32,000 nucleotides of DNA from a virus (Duplodnaviria; Heunggongvirae; Uroviricota; Caudoviricetes): the IMG/VR virus record IMGVR_UViG_3300046542_000616. One strand, written 5' to 3'. Below the pieces are notes generated by a model, which worked only from the letters and a program-made list of their open reading frames with translations, had not been told where the DNA came from and searched no databases. A program made the position numbers and the translations under genes. Positions 10,376 to 17,251 of this stretch are shown here, piece by piece (within the stretch, counting starts at the first letter, position 1; the number at the start of each line of letters is the position of its first letter).

Positions 10376-10863
10376 TTTTTTGGCTCCAGTTCAATCAGTT
10401 TGAGGTAGGAAAGAGCCGGCTCACCTGACTCTTCGTCGATGATTTCAATCGGCGCATCATCAAAGATCTTCGCGGCCACGCGCTGGGAAGCAATGTTCGC
10501 ATGGCCAACTACGGCATCCAGGTGAAAGGCGCCAATACCGTTACGGGTCAGGCCAAGGGTCATCTCCTCAAGGCTCTGCTTGACGATTTCTGAAGCCCAG
10601 CCGCGATTACTGTACGTGTCAGGCACGGCGTAACCCAGGCTGAAGTGCGGCAGGCCACCCACAGGATCGTTCATCAGCAGGATCGCCAAGGCCTTGATGC
10701 GACCGTGTTCGATCCTGGCGTAGGTGTAGCGCAGATAGCCATTGGGTCGATCCACCGTCACACGCAGGGCCGGGTATTTCTCGCAAGGCTGCATTTCAAG
10801 GCCCCTGCGCACTTCGCGCTGCAGGCTTATCAGTGCATCCATGGGGTTGGTCATGTTCGACAC
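10372..10863 (-). CDS. GNAT-family N-acetyltransferase-like protein (tentative)
   Basis: 163 aa. GYAVPDTYSNRGWASEIVKQSL resembles GNAT motif A (V.P...RG.A..L.). Size and predicted strand/helix pattern are compatible with the family. Confidence 0.55.
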   Translation of the reverse strand: MSNMTNPMDALISLQREVRRGLEMQPCEKYPALRVTVDRPNGYLRYTYARIEHGRIKALAILLMNDPVGGLPHFSLGYAVPDTYSNRGWASEIVKQSLEEMTLGLTRNGIGAFHLDAVVGHANIASQRVAAKIFDDAPIEIIDEESGEPALSYLKLIELEPKK

Positions 10864-10892
10864 GATTATTGCTCCTGTGGGGGTCTCAGGTC

Positions 10893-11162
10893 TTAGGCGG
10901 ACTGCTTGGAAAGCTCGAAGCAGCGCATGGCCAGCTTGAAGGTGTAATCGGCGCCGGTGCAGGTGCGTTCAAGGCGCAACACGTCATCCAGTGTGACAGC
11001 TGTATTACCATCGGCATGGATCTGATCCACGAGGGCCAAACAGGTCTTTACAACGTAGCCAGGCGCTTTGTGCTGTTGGTTGATCTTTCGATCTTCGTCA
11101 GTACGGCTGTTGAAAACCTCCTGGATCAATGTGGCATAGGTGCAGCCGGTCGACTTATTCAT
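10893..11162 (-). CDS. hypothetical protein
   Basis: The start was moved to ATG 11162 (MNKSTG...), which overlaps the upstream gene's stop by 8 nt. Confidence 0.5.
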   Translation of the reverse strand: MNKSTGCTYATLIQEVFNSRTDEDRKINQQHKAPGYVVKTCLALVDQIHADGNTAVTLDDVLRLERTCTGADYTFKLAMRCFELSKQSA

Positions 11163-11346
11163 GATCGTTTCCTGACTTTTTAATTTGAACGCGAAACGGC
11201 CAGTTGCAAAAAGTGCAGAAATGGCTGAGAACTTCGCCAGGAACCGCCTTCGCAACATCGATTTGGTTCTTGTTGTAGCAACGGGGGCACTTAGCGAATG
11301 TTTCCGTCCAGGTCACTGCCGGCTGCGAGAAGATCGATTCACTCAT
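11155..11346 (-). CDS. 63-aa zinc-ribbon mini-protein
   Basis: The start was moved to ATG 11346 (MSESIF...). CPRC...CTFC forms a four-cysteine ribbon. It overlaps the upstream gene's stop by 8 nt. Confidence 0.5.
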   Translation of the reverse strand: MSESIFSQPAVTWTETFAKCPRCYNKNQIDVAKAVPGEVLSHFCTFCNWPFRVQIKKSGNDHE

Positions 11347-11614
11347 GAGCGGCCTCTTCGGCCTTAAGCTTAAAAACAGGGTGCATGATTTCTCGTGTGC
11401 CGGAGCTGTCGCAGGCGCGTATGTAACCATCACTCACGAACAGGTCAGAGCGCCGTGCCGAATCCACCACCGCCTTGATGCGATTGAGCGGGTGTTTCAC
11501 TTTGCCGCCGAAGCGCAGGTAAGCGGAGAGGCACAGATCCGGTTCGCCGGCCCACACCTGGGTTTCATTTTCCTTGAGCATCTGAAGCTTCAGGCATTCA
11601 GCAAGCGTCGACAT
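11339..11614 (-). CDS. hypothetical protein
   Basis: 91-aa ORF that starts 12 nt after the stop of the upstream gene. Confidence 0.55.
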   Translation of the reverse strand: MSTLAECLKLQMLKENETQVWAGEPDLCLSAYLRFGGKVKHPLNRIKAVVDSARRSDLFVSDGYIRACDSSGTREIMHPVFKLKAEEAAHE

Positions 11615-11626
11615 AACAAAAGCCTT

Positions 11627-12037
11627 CTAGACGGAACTCGTTGAATTTGATGCCGCAGCTTTGGCCGCTCGCAGGCTTTGCCTTTGCGATTCCCAGTAGC
11701 CAGCCTCAAAGCATGCCTGCAGTTCTGTGTCAGATACTTTGTGAGCATAACTTTGCGCATAGACAGCGGTGCCATCCGCGCAGGGCTTTCGGTTCTCGGG
11801 TTCGTCGCGGTACGCGCAAAAGCCATCCACCCAGGCCTTGGCATCCTTGCGGCGTGCCAGATCAACCGTGCCACTGCGTGTGTTGTTTCCAGAGGTATAG
11901 CCACCGGTGACACGCTTGCCTTCGGCATCGAGCACGTACCAACAAGCCACATGGTTGTGCCCGGCATCTGAACCCCAGCTGTAGATCCGCCAGATGTAGG
12001 CAGGATCATTCTCAATGCGAAAACCTTTGTAGTTCAT
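11627..12037 (-). CDS. hypothetical protein
   Basis: 136 aa with an AAGGA RBS 9 nt upstream of the ATG. I preferred it over the overlapping 11590-12015 frame on composition and RBS. Confidence 0.6.
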   Translation of the reverse strand: MNYKGFRIENDPAYIWRIYSWGSDAGHNHVACWYVLDAEGKRVTGGYTSGNNTRSGTVDLARRKDAKAWVDGFCAYRDEPENRKPCADGTAVYAQSYAHKVSDTELQACFEAGYWESQRQSLRAAKAAASNSTSSV

Positions 12038-12073
12038 GGTGCAGTCCTTGCCGGGGTTTGTTTGACGATCACG

Positions 12074-13393
12074 TTAGATGGTCAGCCGCAGGTTCTTTTC
12101 AATCTGTTCGGCGAGGGATTTAGGCACCTCGTTGTTCTTGGCCAGCTTGCGCCAGGTCGACACGTGCTCGATGGTTTCATCAATGATTGCGTCGATCTTC
12201 TGTTTGGAGAAAATTTTGCTCTGGTTCATGAAGGTGTAGAAGTCAGCACGCTCAAAGTTCTCACGCTTGCCGTTGATGCTCATCCAGTGGCTGTTCACCC
12301 ACTTGCTACCAGGCTTGTAGCTGTAGGCCAAGTCGTAAGCCGGCGCGAGACGCCATTGGTGGTCATCGCCCATCAGGAAGGCAAAGTTCTTTGAGTGGTC
12401 ATCATGGTTTCGGGCCACGACGTTGAACACCATGCGCTTGAAGATCTGTTCAGCTTCCTTGATCGAGAGCTTAAGCTGTCTAGCGAGGCCCAGCAGCTCG
12501 GCGTACGAGTAAGAGCCTGGCTGCTTGTAGTCGACGTGCGCCATGCCGTTGAGGGTTTGCACATGAATCTTGTCATTACCCAAGCGATCAAAACGCTGGG
12601 TGATGAAGTGACGACGGTTGCCTTCGTTAAGCAGGCGGCAGGGCATCATGTCGAGACCGCATTTTTTTGCCATCAAAAAGTAAGCGTATTCCATGGCGCC
12701 GTAGCCCATGGGGTCACCAAAGGTTTCCTTGGTCGTGTTGTGCTCGCTGACCCCGTCGAACTTCATCAGATAGTGCGTGAAGCCTTTGGGCACCTTGGCC
12801 TGGCCCGAGCGCACTTGGGTGAAGTCGTCGTTGAAGGCCAGTACGGCCTTTGGCCGGGCACCCCCGGCGCTCATGCCCACCGTCAGCAAGGCCATCATGC
12901 CTTCGCGATCTGCATGACCGTTGCCGGCCAGCTCCACATTAAAATTTGCGCGATCATCCAGGATCTCCTGGGCGATGCTGACCAGCGATCTGATTTCAAT
13001 CGGCTGCGAAGCATTGAGGCTTCTGACTTGCGTGGCCGGGATGTACTCCAATGCGCCCATACCGCGCTTTCCGGTGTACTGCAGGCGCTGCAAGGGCGTG
13101 ATATCGCCAGGCAAACGGCCCTGGCTGGCCACCCAGGCGTTTAACACCGCATTACCGAAATCATCGGGCAGGGAATCGGCAATCAAGCCAGGAAGGCCCT
13201 TGAAGGTCGCTGTATCGATTTCAGGAAAGGTGTAAATCCGCTTGGACAGCGGCATTTTGATTGGCGAGAGCTCGATTCCAGTCTTGATGAACGCAGGGGT
13301 GTACTCAAAGGCCCCGAGGCCGGTGTCGGTATCAAAACTCACCGCACCCACGTCATGGCCGGCATAAGCGACCTTTACGACTTCCATTACCAT
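12074..13393 (-). CDS. hipA: HipA-family serine/threonine kinase toxin (type II TA)
   Basis: 439 aa. It shows GGARPKA (the P-loop-like motif of HipA), RNHDDHSKNFAF (catalytic D.H.KN) and LAPAYDL. It overlaps the upstream HTH gene by 7 nt. Confidence 0.92.
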   Translation of the reverse strand: MVMEVVKVAYAGHDVGAVSFDTDTGLGAFEYTPAFIKTGIELSPIKMPLSKRIYTFPEIDTATFKGLPGLIADSLPDDFGNAVLNAWVASQGRLPGDITPLQRLQYTGKRGMGALEYIPATQVRSLNASQPIEIRSLVSIAQEILDDRANFNVELAGNGHADREGMMALLTVGMSAGGARPKAVLAFNDDFTQVRSGQAKVPKGFTHYLMKFDGVSEHNTTKETFGDPMGYGAMEYAYFLMAKKCGLDMMPCRLLNEGNRRHFITQRFDRLGNDKIHVQTLNGMAHVDYKQPGSYSYAELLGLARQLKLSIKEAEQIFKRMVFNVVARNHDDHSKNFAFLMGDDHQWRLAPAYDLAYSYKPGSKWVNSHWMSINGKRENFERADFYTFMNQSKIFSKQKIDAIIDETIEHVSTWRKLAKNNEVPKSLAEQIEKNLRLTI

Positions 13394-13740
13394 GTGGGTT
13401 CATCCTTCTCGGGTTTAGCAGGGGCTGATCGGGTGGCCCTCTGGCGTTCTCTACTCTGCAATTTGAGCAACTGCAGGGGTGAAAGCTCCTGTTTGGGCAA
13501 GAACGTATTGAGTTGCTCCACCAAGTCAAGAGCCGTCAGGATGGCCGCCAGGGTATTGAGCTGGACACGACCTTTCTCCGCCGCAACCACGACCTTGCGA
13601 GTCACGCCAATACGTTCCGCCACCTCAGCTTGGGTGAGGCCGGCATTGAGCCTGGCCTGCTGAAGGCGTTGACCGATCTCTTCGGCGATGGCGTCTGGCG
13701 TTAAATCTTTGAACACGTTAATGACCCCTTTATGGGTCAC
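13387..13740 (-). CDS. hipB: HipB-like XRE-family HTH antitoxin/repressor
   Basis: The HTH segment is LTQAEVAERIGVTRKVVVAAEKG. There is no in-frame ATG: the start is GTG at 13740, or possibly GTG at 13716. It is translationally coupled to hipA, and palindromic operators lie upstream. Confidence 0.85.
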   Translation of the reverse strand: MTHKGVINVFKDLTPDAIAEEIGQRLQQARLNAGLTQAEVAERIGVTRKVVVAAEKGRVQLNTLAAILTALDLVEQLNTFLPKQELSPLQLLKLQSRERQRATRSAPAKPEKDEPTW

Positions 13741-13879
13741 TAAGTGCCAAAAGTGGCCTTAATGTCCCCGATAGGGGTCACTATAACAGACGCGTATTTT
13801 TACGCAATGCTGTTAGTGACCCATTTTTGGGTCATTAACTGGTGTTTTATGGGTTAATGACCCATTTTGGGGTCACTAA
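13718..13879. promoter_or_regulatory. hipBA promoter/operator region with three 26-bp palindromic operators and one half-site
   Basis: - Operator 1: TTAATGACCCCTTTATGGGTCACTAA (13718-13743, overlaps the hipB start).
- Operator 2: TTAGTGACCCATTTTTGGGTCATTAA (13813-13838).
- Operator 3: TTAATGACCCATTTTGGGGTCACTAA (13854-13879).
- Half-site: GGGGTCACTAT (13774-13784).
- Minus-strand promoter-like TTGCGT (13802-13807), 16-nt spacer, TATAGT (13780-13785). Confidence 0.8.
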
Positions 13880-13987
13880 CAATAGCCTGCCTGCGGCAGA
13901 AGGGGCGACCTCTCGGCAAAGCAAGTCAGGTTGCTCAGGGAGGTGCGTGTTCCTCGGATACGGGTGCTGAGCTTCGGCGGTGGCAGG

Positions 13988-14200
13988 TTATGGCCTGCGG
14001 GGAAGATCCGACAGGGCCTTTTCGAGGTACTCGCAGGCATTCCAAAGCTCAGAGGCGGGGACATTGCAGCCTTCGCGGATCTGAGCGACGAGATTCAGCG
14101 CGTGGCCGACATTGGCGCGGGCTTTAAAGGTCTTCTCGATGGTCGCCTTAAGCTCTTCGTTTTCGAGCCCAAGGCGTTTCAATTCTTTTTTGTCGCCCAT
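13988..14200 (-). CDS. hypothetical small coiled-coil-like protein
   Basis: 70-aa ORF beginning 5 nt after the stop of the upstream gene. It is the last gene of a packed minus-strand operon. Confidence 0.5.
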   Translation of the reverse strand: MGDKKELKRLGLENEELKATIEKTFKARANVGHALNLVAQIREGCNVPASELWNACEYLEKALSDLPRRP

Positions 14201-14205
14201 CGGTG

Positions 14206-14475
14206 TTATTCGCCTTCGTCGGCCAGGAGTGCGTGAAGCTCTTCGAGCGCGTCCTGTACGGCGTCTTCACCGTGCTTGGCGCACAGGTCAGCCCAGATCG
14301 ATCCATCGCAAAGGGCGTCCTTAGAAAGATCGACAGGAGCGCTTGATGTGGCGCCGGTGAGCATCGAGTCGACCAGGCCGATGATGTCTTCAATGCCGTA
14401 GTGAGCATGCTCATCCACGTCAAGTGCGCGAGATTCACGGGTGTTGCCAGGGAAAAAGTTGATGTAAGCCATCAC
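14206..14475 (-). CDS. hypothetical acidic protein
   Basis: 89 aa with an AAGGA RBS upstream. Confidence 0.6.
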   Translation of the reverse strand: MMAYINFFPGNTRESRALDVDEHAHYGIEDIIGLVDSMLTGATSSAPVDLSKDALCDGSIWADLCAKHGEDAVQDALEELHALLADEGE

Positions 14476-14508
14476 TGTTATCCTTTTCTCGGTGTTTTCA
14501 GGTATGAA

Positions 14509-15111
14509 TTACCAGGTCACTGATCCGGGTTCGATGACAGGCTGAATCCAGTGAGAAAGCTTGGGGTATGCCGGTTTTTCCAGTCCGCGAACCCGCCTGG
14601 CCAGGCAAAAGCCCGCGTGTGCCAATCCATTGATACCTGCGTGGCAGTTCATGGATAGTGCCTGGCGCATGACTGCACCTTCCCCGTCGAACTCGCTATC
14701 CAGGATTCGCAGGTCTTCCGGAATGCCGAGGTGCTCACCGCAGGCCCAGCCCCATGCCTGAACTTCAGGGTCTGAGGCCTGAATCGTTGCCCGGTACAGC
14801 AAGTCGTCAGGGTGAAGGTCGAGTGCTCCAATTTCATCCAGCATGCGGTGCAGACCGGAGCCCACATTGCCGTTGAGGTAGGCGCGAAACTGAGCCGGAA
14901 CCACCGCTAGGTGGCCACCTTCGTGCAGCAAGTCGGAGACGACGCAGTCAGGGCCCACGGCCAGAGTGCCGTTGCGCACGGAAATGCCAGGGAAGAAGCC
15001 GGTGGCCTCATCGCAATAGGTCGTGACCAGGCCGATACTGTTGAAGAAATTGACGGTGACGTCCACCCAGTGTTTCTGGCTTTGCAGTATCACATCATCT
15101 TCTGTGCCCAT
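14509..15111 (-). CDS. hypothetical protein with an HExxH motif (LLHEGGHL)
   Basis: The start was moved to ATG 15111 (MGTEDD...), which has an AAGGAAG RBS. One HEGGH motif is present. I recognised no other family signature. Confidence 0.6.
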   Translation of the reverse strand: MGTEDDVILQSQKHWVDVTVNFFNSIGLVTTYCDEATGFFPGISVRNGTLAVGPDCVVSDLLHEGGHLAVVPAQFRAYLNGNVGSGLHRMLDEIGALDLHPDDLLYRATIQASDPEVQAWGWACGEHLGIPEDLRILDSEFDGEGAVMRQALSMNCHAGINGLAHAGFCLARRVRGLEKPAYPKLSHWIQPVIEPGSVTW

Positions 15112-15137
15112 GTTTCTTCCTTGGCTATTCAGTTCGC

Positions 15138-15356
15138 TTATGGCTGGCACGGAATGATGACGGCCATTTCAGGTAGGCAATCATAGAGCTTCTGGAAGAG
15201 CTCAGCGTTATCAGCGCTGTCAAAAAAGAACTCGCGGACTTCGGCGTTGCTGTAGTCGCAACCACCGGGGATGTACCAGAGGGACACCATATGCGTAGAA
15301 GTGGAGGTCTTATCGACGTAGCCACCGCGCTCTTCAGCGTCCTGGAAAATGCTCAT
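15138..15356 (-). CDS. hypothetical protein
   Basis: 72 aa with an AAGGA RBS upstream. Confidence 0.55.
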   Translation of the reverse strand: MSIFQDAEERGGYVDKTSTSTHMVSLWYIPGGCDYSNAEVREFFFDSADNAELFQKLYDCLPEMAVIIPCQP

Positions 15357-15392
15357 GTTCGCATCCTTTCGTTAAGATTACGGGGCTTTTTG

Positions 15393-15650
15393 TCACTTTT
15401 CAGCCAAGTCTGCCGAGTCTGAGAGCTCCGCCTGAGCAGGCTCTTCGAAGAGGTTGCTGAAGAGAAATTTTCGGATTTTTGGACTAGAGAAGAGGTAGAT
15501 GACAATCCAGCCCAACGCGCCAATCAGCTGGAAGAGCCCCAGCAAAAATGAGGACTTGATTAGGAGACAACCGACCAAGGTCAAAATCATCGCCATCACC
15601 AGGACTAGGATCTGGAATGCCTTCAGGTTGCGCTTGCTCGATGGAGTCAT
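15393..15650 (-). CDS. small membrane protein (two TM segments)
   Basis: It has an ATGA start/stop overlap with the upstream gene. Hydrophobic segments are ILVLVMAMILTLVGCLLI and LGLFQLIGALGWIVIYLF. Confidence 0.6.
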   Translation of the reverse strand: MTPSSKRNLKAFQILVLVMAMILTLVGCLLIKSSFLLGLFQLIGALGWIVIYLFSSPKIRKFLFSNLFEEPAQAELSDSADLAEK

Positions 15651-15886
15651 GCAGCTGCCACCTCAGATTCAATTGGAGTAATCCCGTGACGCAGAAAGCC
15701 GCCAGTGGTTTCGCCGTCATCCCAAAGCACTTCGTACATTTCCTCGTAACGGAAGCGACGATCCGAGCAGTCGTAGCTGCTGTAGACACGAGAGACTCGG
15801 CCATAGCGCAGGCCCTTGGAGGCGTCGTAGATGTCCAGTTCTCGAGAAACCTTTTGGCCTTCACGGTAGGCTTTTGAGAAAGGCAT
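15647..15886 (-). CDS. hypothetical protein
   Basis: 79 aa. Its start codon directly abuts the upstream stop (TAAATG). Confidence 0.6.
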   Translation of the reverse strand: MPFSKAYREGQKVSRELDIYDASKGLRYGRVSRVYSSYDCSDRRFRYEEMYEVLWDDGETTGGFLRHGITPIESEVAAA

Positions 15887-16180
15887 TTATGGTTTGTCCT
15901 TGGTGGCTGGCACAGTCGGCTTCCGGTAGTCCTTGTATTTCTCTGCCCAGGCGGCGACTGATCCGCCGTGATCCTTACAGATGTCTTCAGCGCGTGTGCC
16001 GGTGAAGTCTACGTTGAAGCGCTTCATCGCATCCAGGGCTGTTTGAGCCATGCTGATTTGCCGCTTGAGCTCACTTTTCGGCGCGGATTTTTTCATCGCG
16101 AGGTCGCACACGGTCGCCAGGGTGCAGTCGGTTAGGTAGGAGAGCGCCTGATCGGTAGACGCGATGCGACTTGGGTGCAT
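15887..16180 (-). CDS. hypothetical protein
   Basis: The start was moved to ATG 16180 (MHPSRIAS...), which has an AAGGA RBS. It is the first gene of the 16180-13988 operon. Confidence 0.6.
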   Translation of the reverse strand: MHPSRIASTDQALSYLTDCTLATVCDLAMKKSAPKSELKRQISMAQTALDAMKRFNVDFTGTRAEDICKDHGGSVAAWAEKYKDYRKPTVPATKDKP

Positions 16181-16216
16181 GTTGATTCCTTTGCCGGGTG
16201 GTTGGCTTATGAATTT

Positions 16217-16258
16217 ATTATAGAGTATATTGACAGAATATCCAATTGAAATTATAAA
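16217..16258. promoter_or_regulatory. overlapping divergent sigma70-like promoters
   Basis: - Plus strand: TTGACA (16230-16235), 17-nt spacer, TATAAA (16253-16258).
- Minus strand: TTGGAT (complement of 16240-16245), 17-nt spacer, TATAAT (complement of 16217-16222).
- A palindrome CTGCTGA-N6-TCAGCAG follows at 16264-16283. Confidence 0.6.
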
Positions 16259-16290
16259 CTGCTGACTTAAATCAGCAGGCAACTCATCGG

Positions 16291-16470
16291 ATGCCCTACA
16301 TGCGCTTAATTATGATCATTCTAGGTGTGCTCCTGACCGCCTATTGCTTCAGGGTCATTCATGACTACCTGATGGGCAAAGGCCCGGAAGGCGGGATGCG
16401 CTCGTTCGTAGCAATGGTGGGTGAGGCAGCCGGCATCACCATGATCATGTTTGGCGCCGGGGTGGCGTAG
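16291..16470 (+). CDS. 59-aa small membrane protein (below the 60-aa cutoff of the ORF track)
   Basis: Hand translation gives MPYMRLIMIILGVLLTAYCFRVIHDYLMGKGPEGGMRSFVAMVGEAAGITMIMFGAGVA-stop, with two hydrophobic helices. It lies just downstream of the plus-strand promoter at 16230-16258. No strong RBS. Confidence 0.4.
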   Translation: MPYMRLIMIILGVLLTAYCFRVIHDYLMGKGPEGGMRSFVAMVGEAAGITMIMFGAGVA

Positions 16471-16562
16471 GGTCGTCGCGCAAGCAAAGATCGAGTTTCT
16501 AGCAGTACAGCGTTTTTAAAGGCGGGCCTAGTGCCTGCGCAAACACAAAAAGGACTTTTCCC

Positions 16563-16805
16563 ATGCTCAGTACTGTAAACCCAATCGCCACCCTTGAACT
16601 CATGCTAGATGGTTGTGGTGCACGCCCTGAACAGCTTGCCGCCATGCGAAATCTCGTGCAGATGATCAAGGATGAAAACGAAGTGCTGGTGGCGGGTGTT
16701 ATCAGCCTGGATCCTGACTCACAGATGGCCAGGGAGGCTGAGTTGTTAGATGAGATAGAGACCCTGAAAGCAAGGCTCAAGGCCTACGAGCCGAATCAAG
16801 CATAG
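16563..16805 (+). CDS. hypothetical protein
   Basis: 80 aa with an AAGGA RBS upstream. Confidence 0.55.
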   Translation: MLSTVNPIATLELMLDGCGARPEQLAAMRNLVQMIKDENEVLVAGVISLDPDSQMAREAELLDEIETLKARLKAYEPNQA

Positions 16806-16867
16806 TTTGTAGGCAAAGGTGGTTGAGCCTTTGGTATGCTGCCAGGAATCATGATTGAGGACTGTCC

Positions 16868-17056
16868 ATGTACACCGCGACGATGGATTCCGAAGGCCAA
16901 ATAACCATCCCTGATGAGGTGCTTGAGATTCTCGGCCTAAAGCCTGGGGATGAAGTTGAGTTCGTCGAATTGGAAGGCGGTCAGTTCGCTATTACTGCCG
17001 CAGCCAAGGTGGATGAGCGCGACCGGACATCAGGGCAAGAGCGAGAGGCTTTCTGA
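16868..17056 (+). CDS. AbrB/MazE/SpoVT-family DNA-binding (antitoxin-like) protein
   Basis: GQITIPDEVLEILGLKPGDEVEF is a typical SpoVT-AbrB swapped-hairpin signature. GAGGA RBS upstream. Confidence 0.75.
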   Translation: MYTATMDSEGQITIPDEVLEILGLKPGDEVEFVELEGGQFAITAAAKVDERDRTSGQEREAF

Positions 17057-17251
17057 ATCCTAATTGCAAACGCCTGGTGTGCCACGTAGGATTGATGATG
17101 ACTACGCAGACAGCAGAAAATTTGTCGGTGGTGCTGCGCAGGCCCAAATGGTCGGGTCATATGAGGGGAAATTGGGTGTTTATGGGCTGTTCTGCTTCAG
17201 TGCGGAAGGCTTGCACTCGAAGCCGTCCCTCCTCGTAGTCAACCAAATTCC

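Noticed and set aside
12395-13144. 249-aa plus-strand ORF (and 12062-12394, 12921-13235) opposite hipA
   Set aside because: It is antisense to a gene with full HipA signatures. It has no RBS and an implausible composition rich in His, Val, Gly and Ala.
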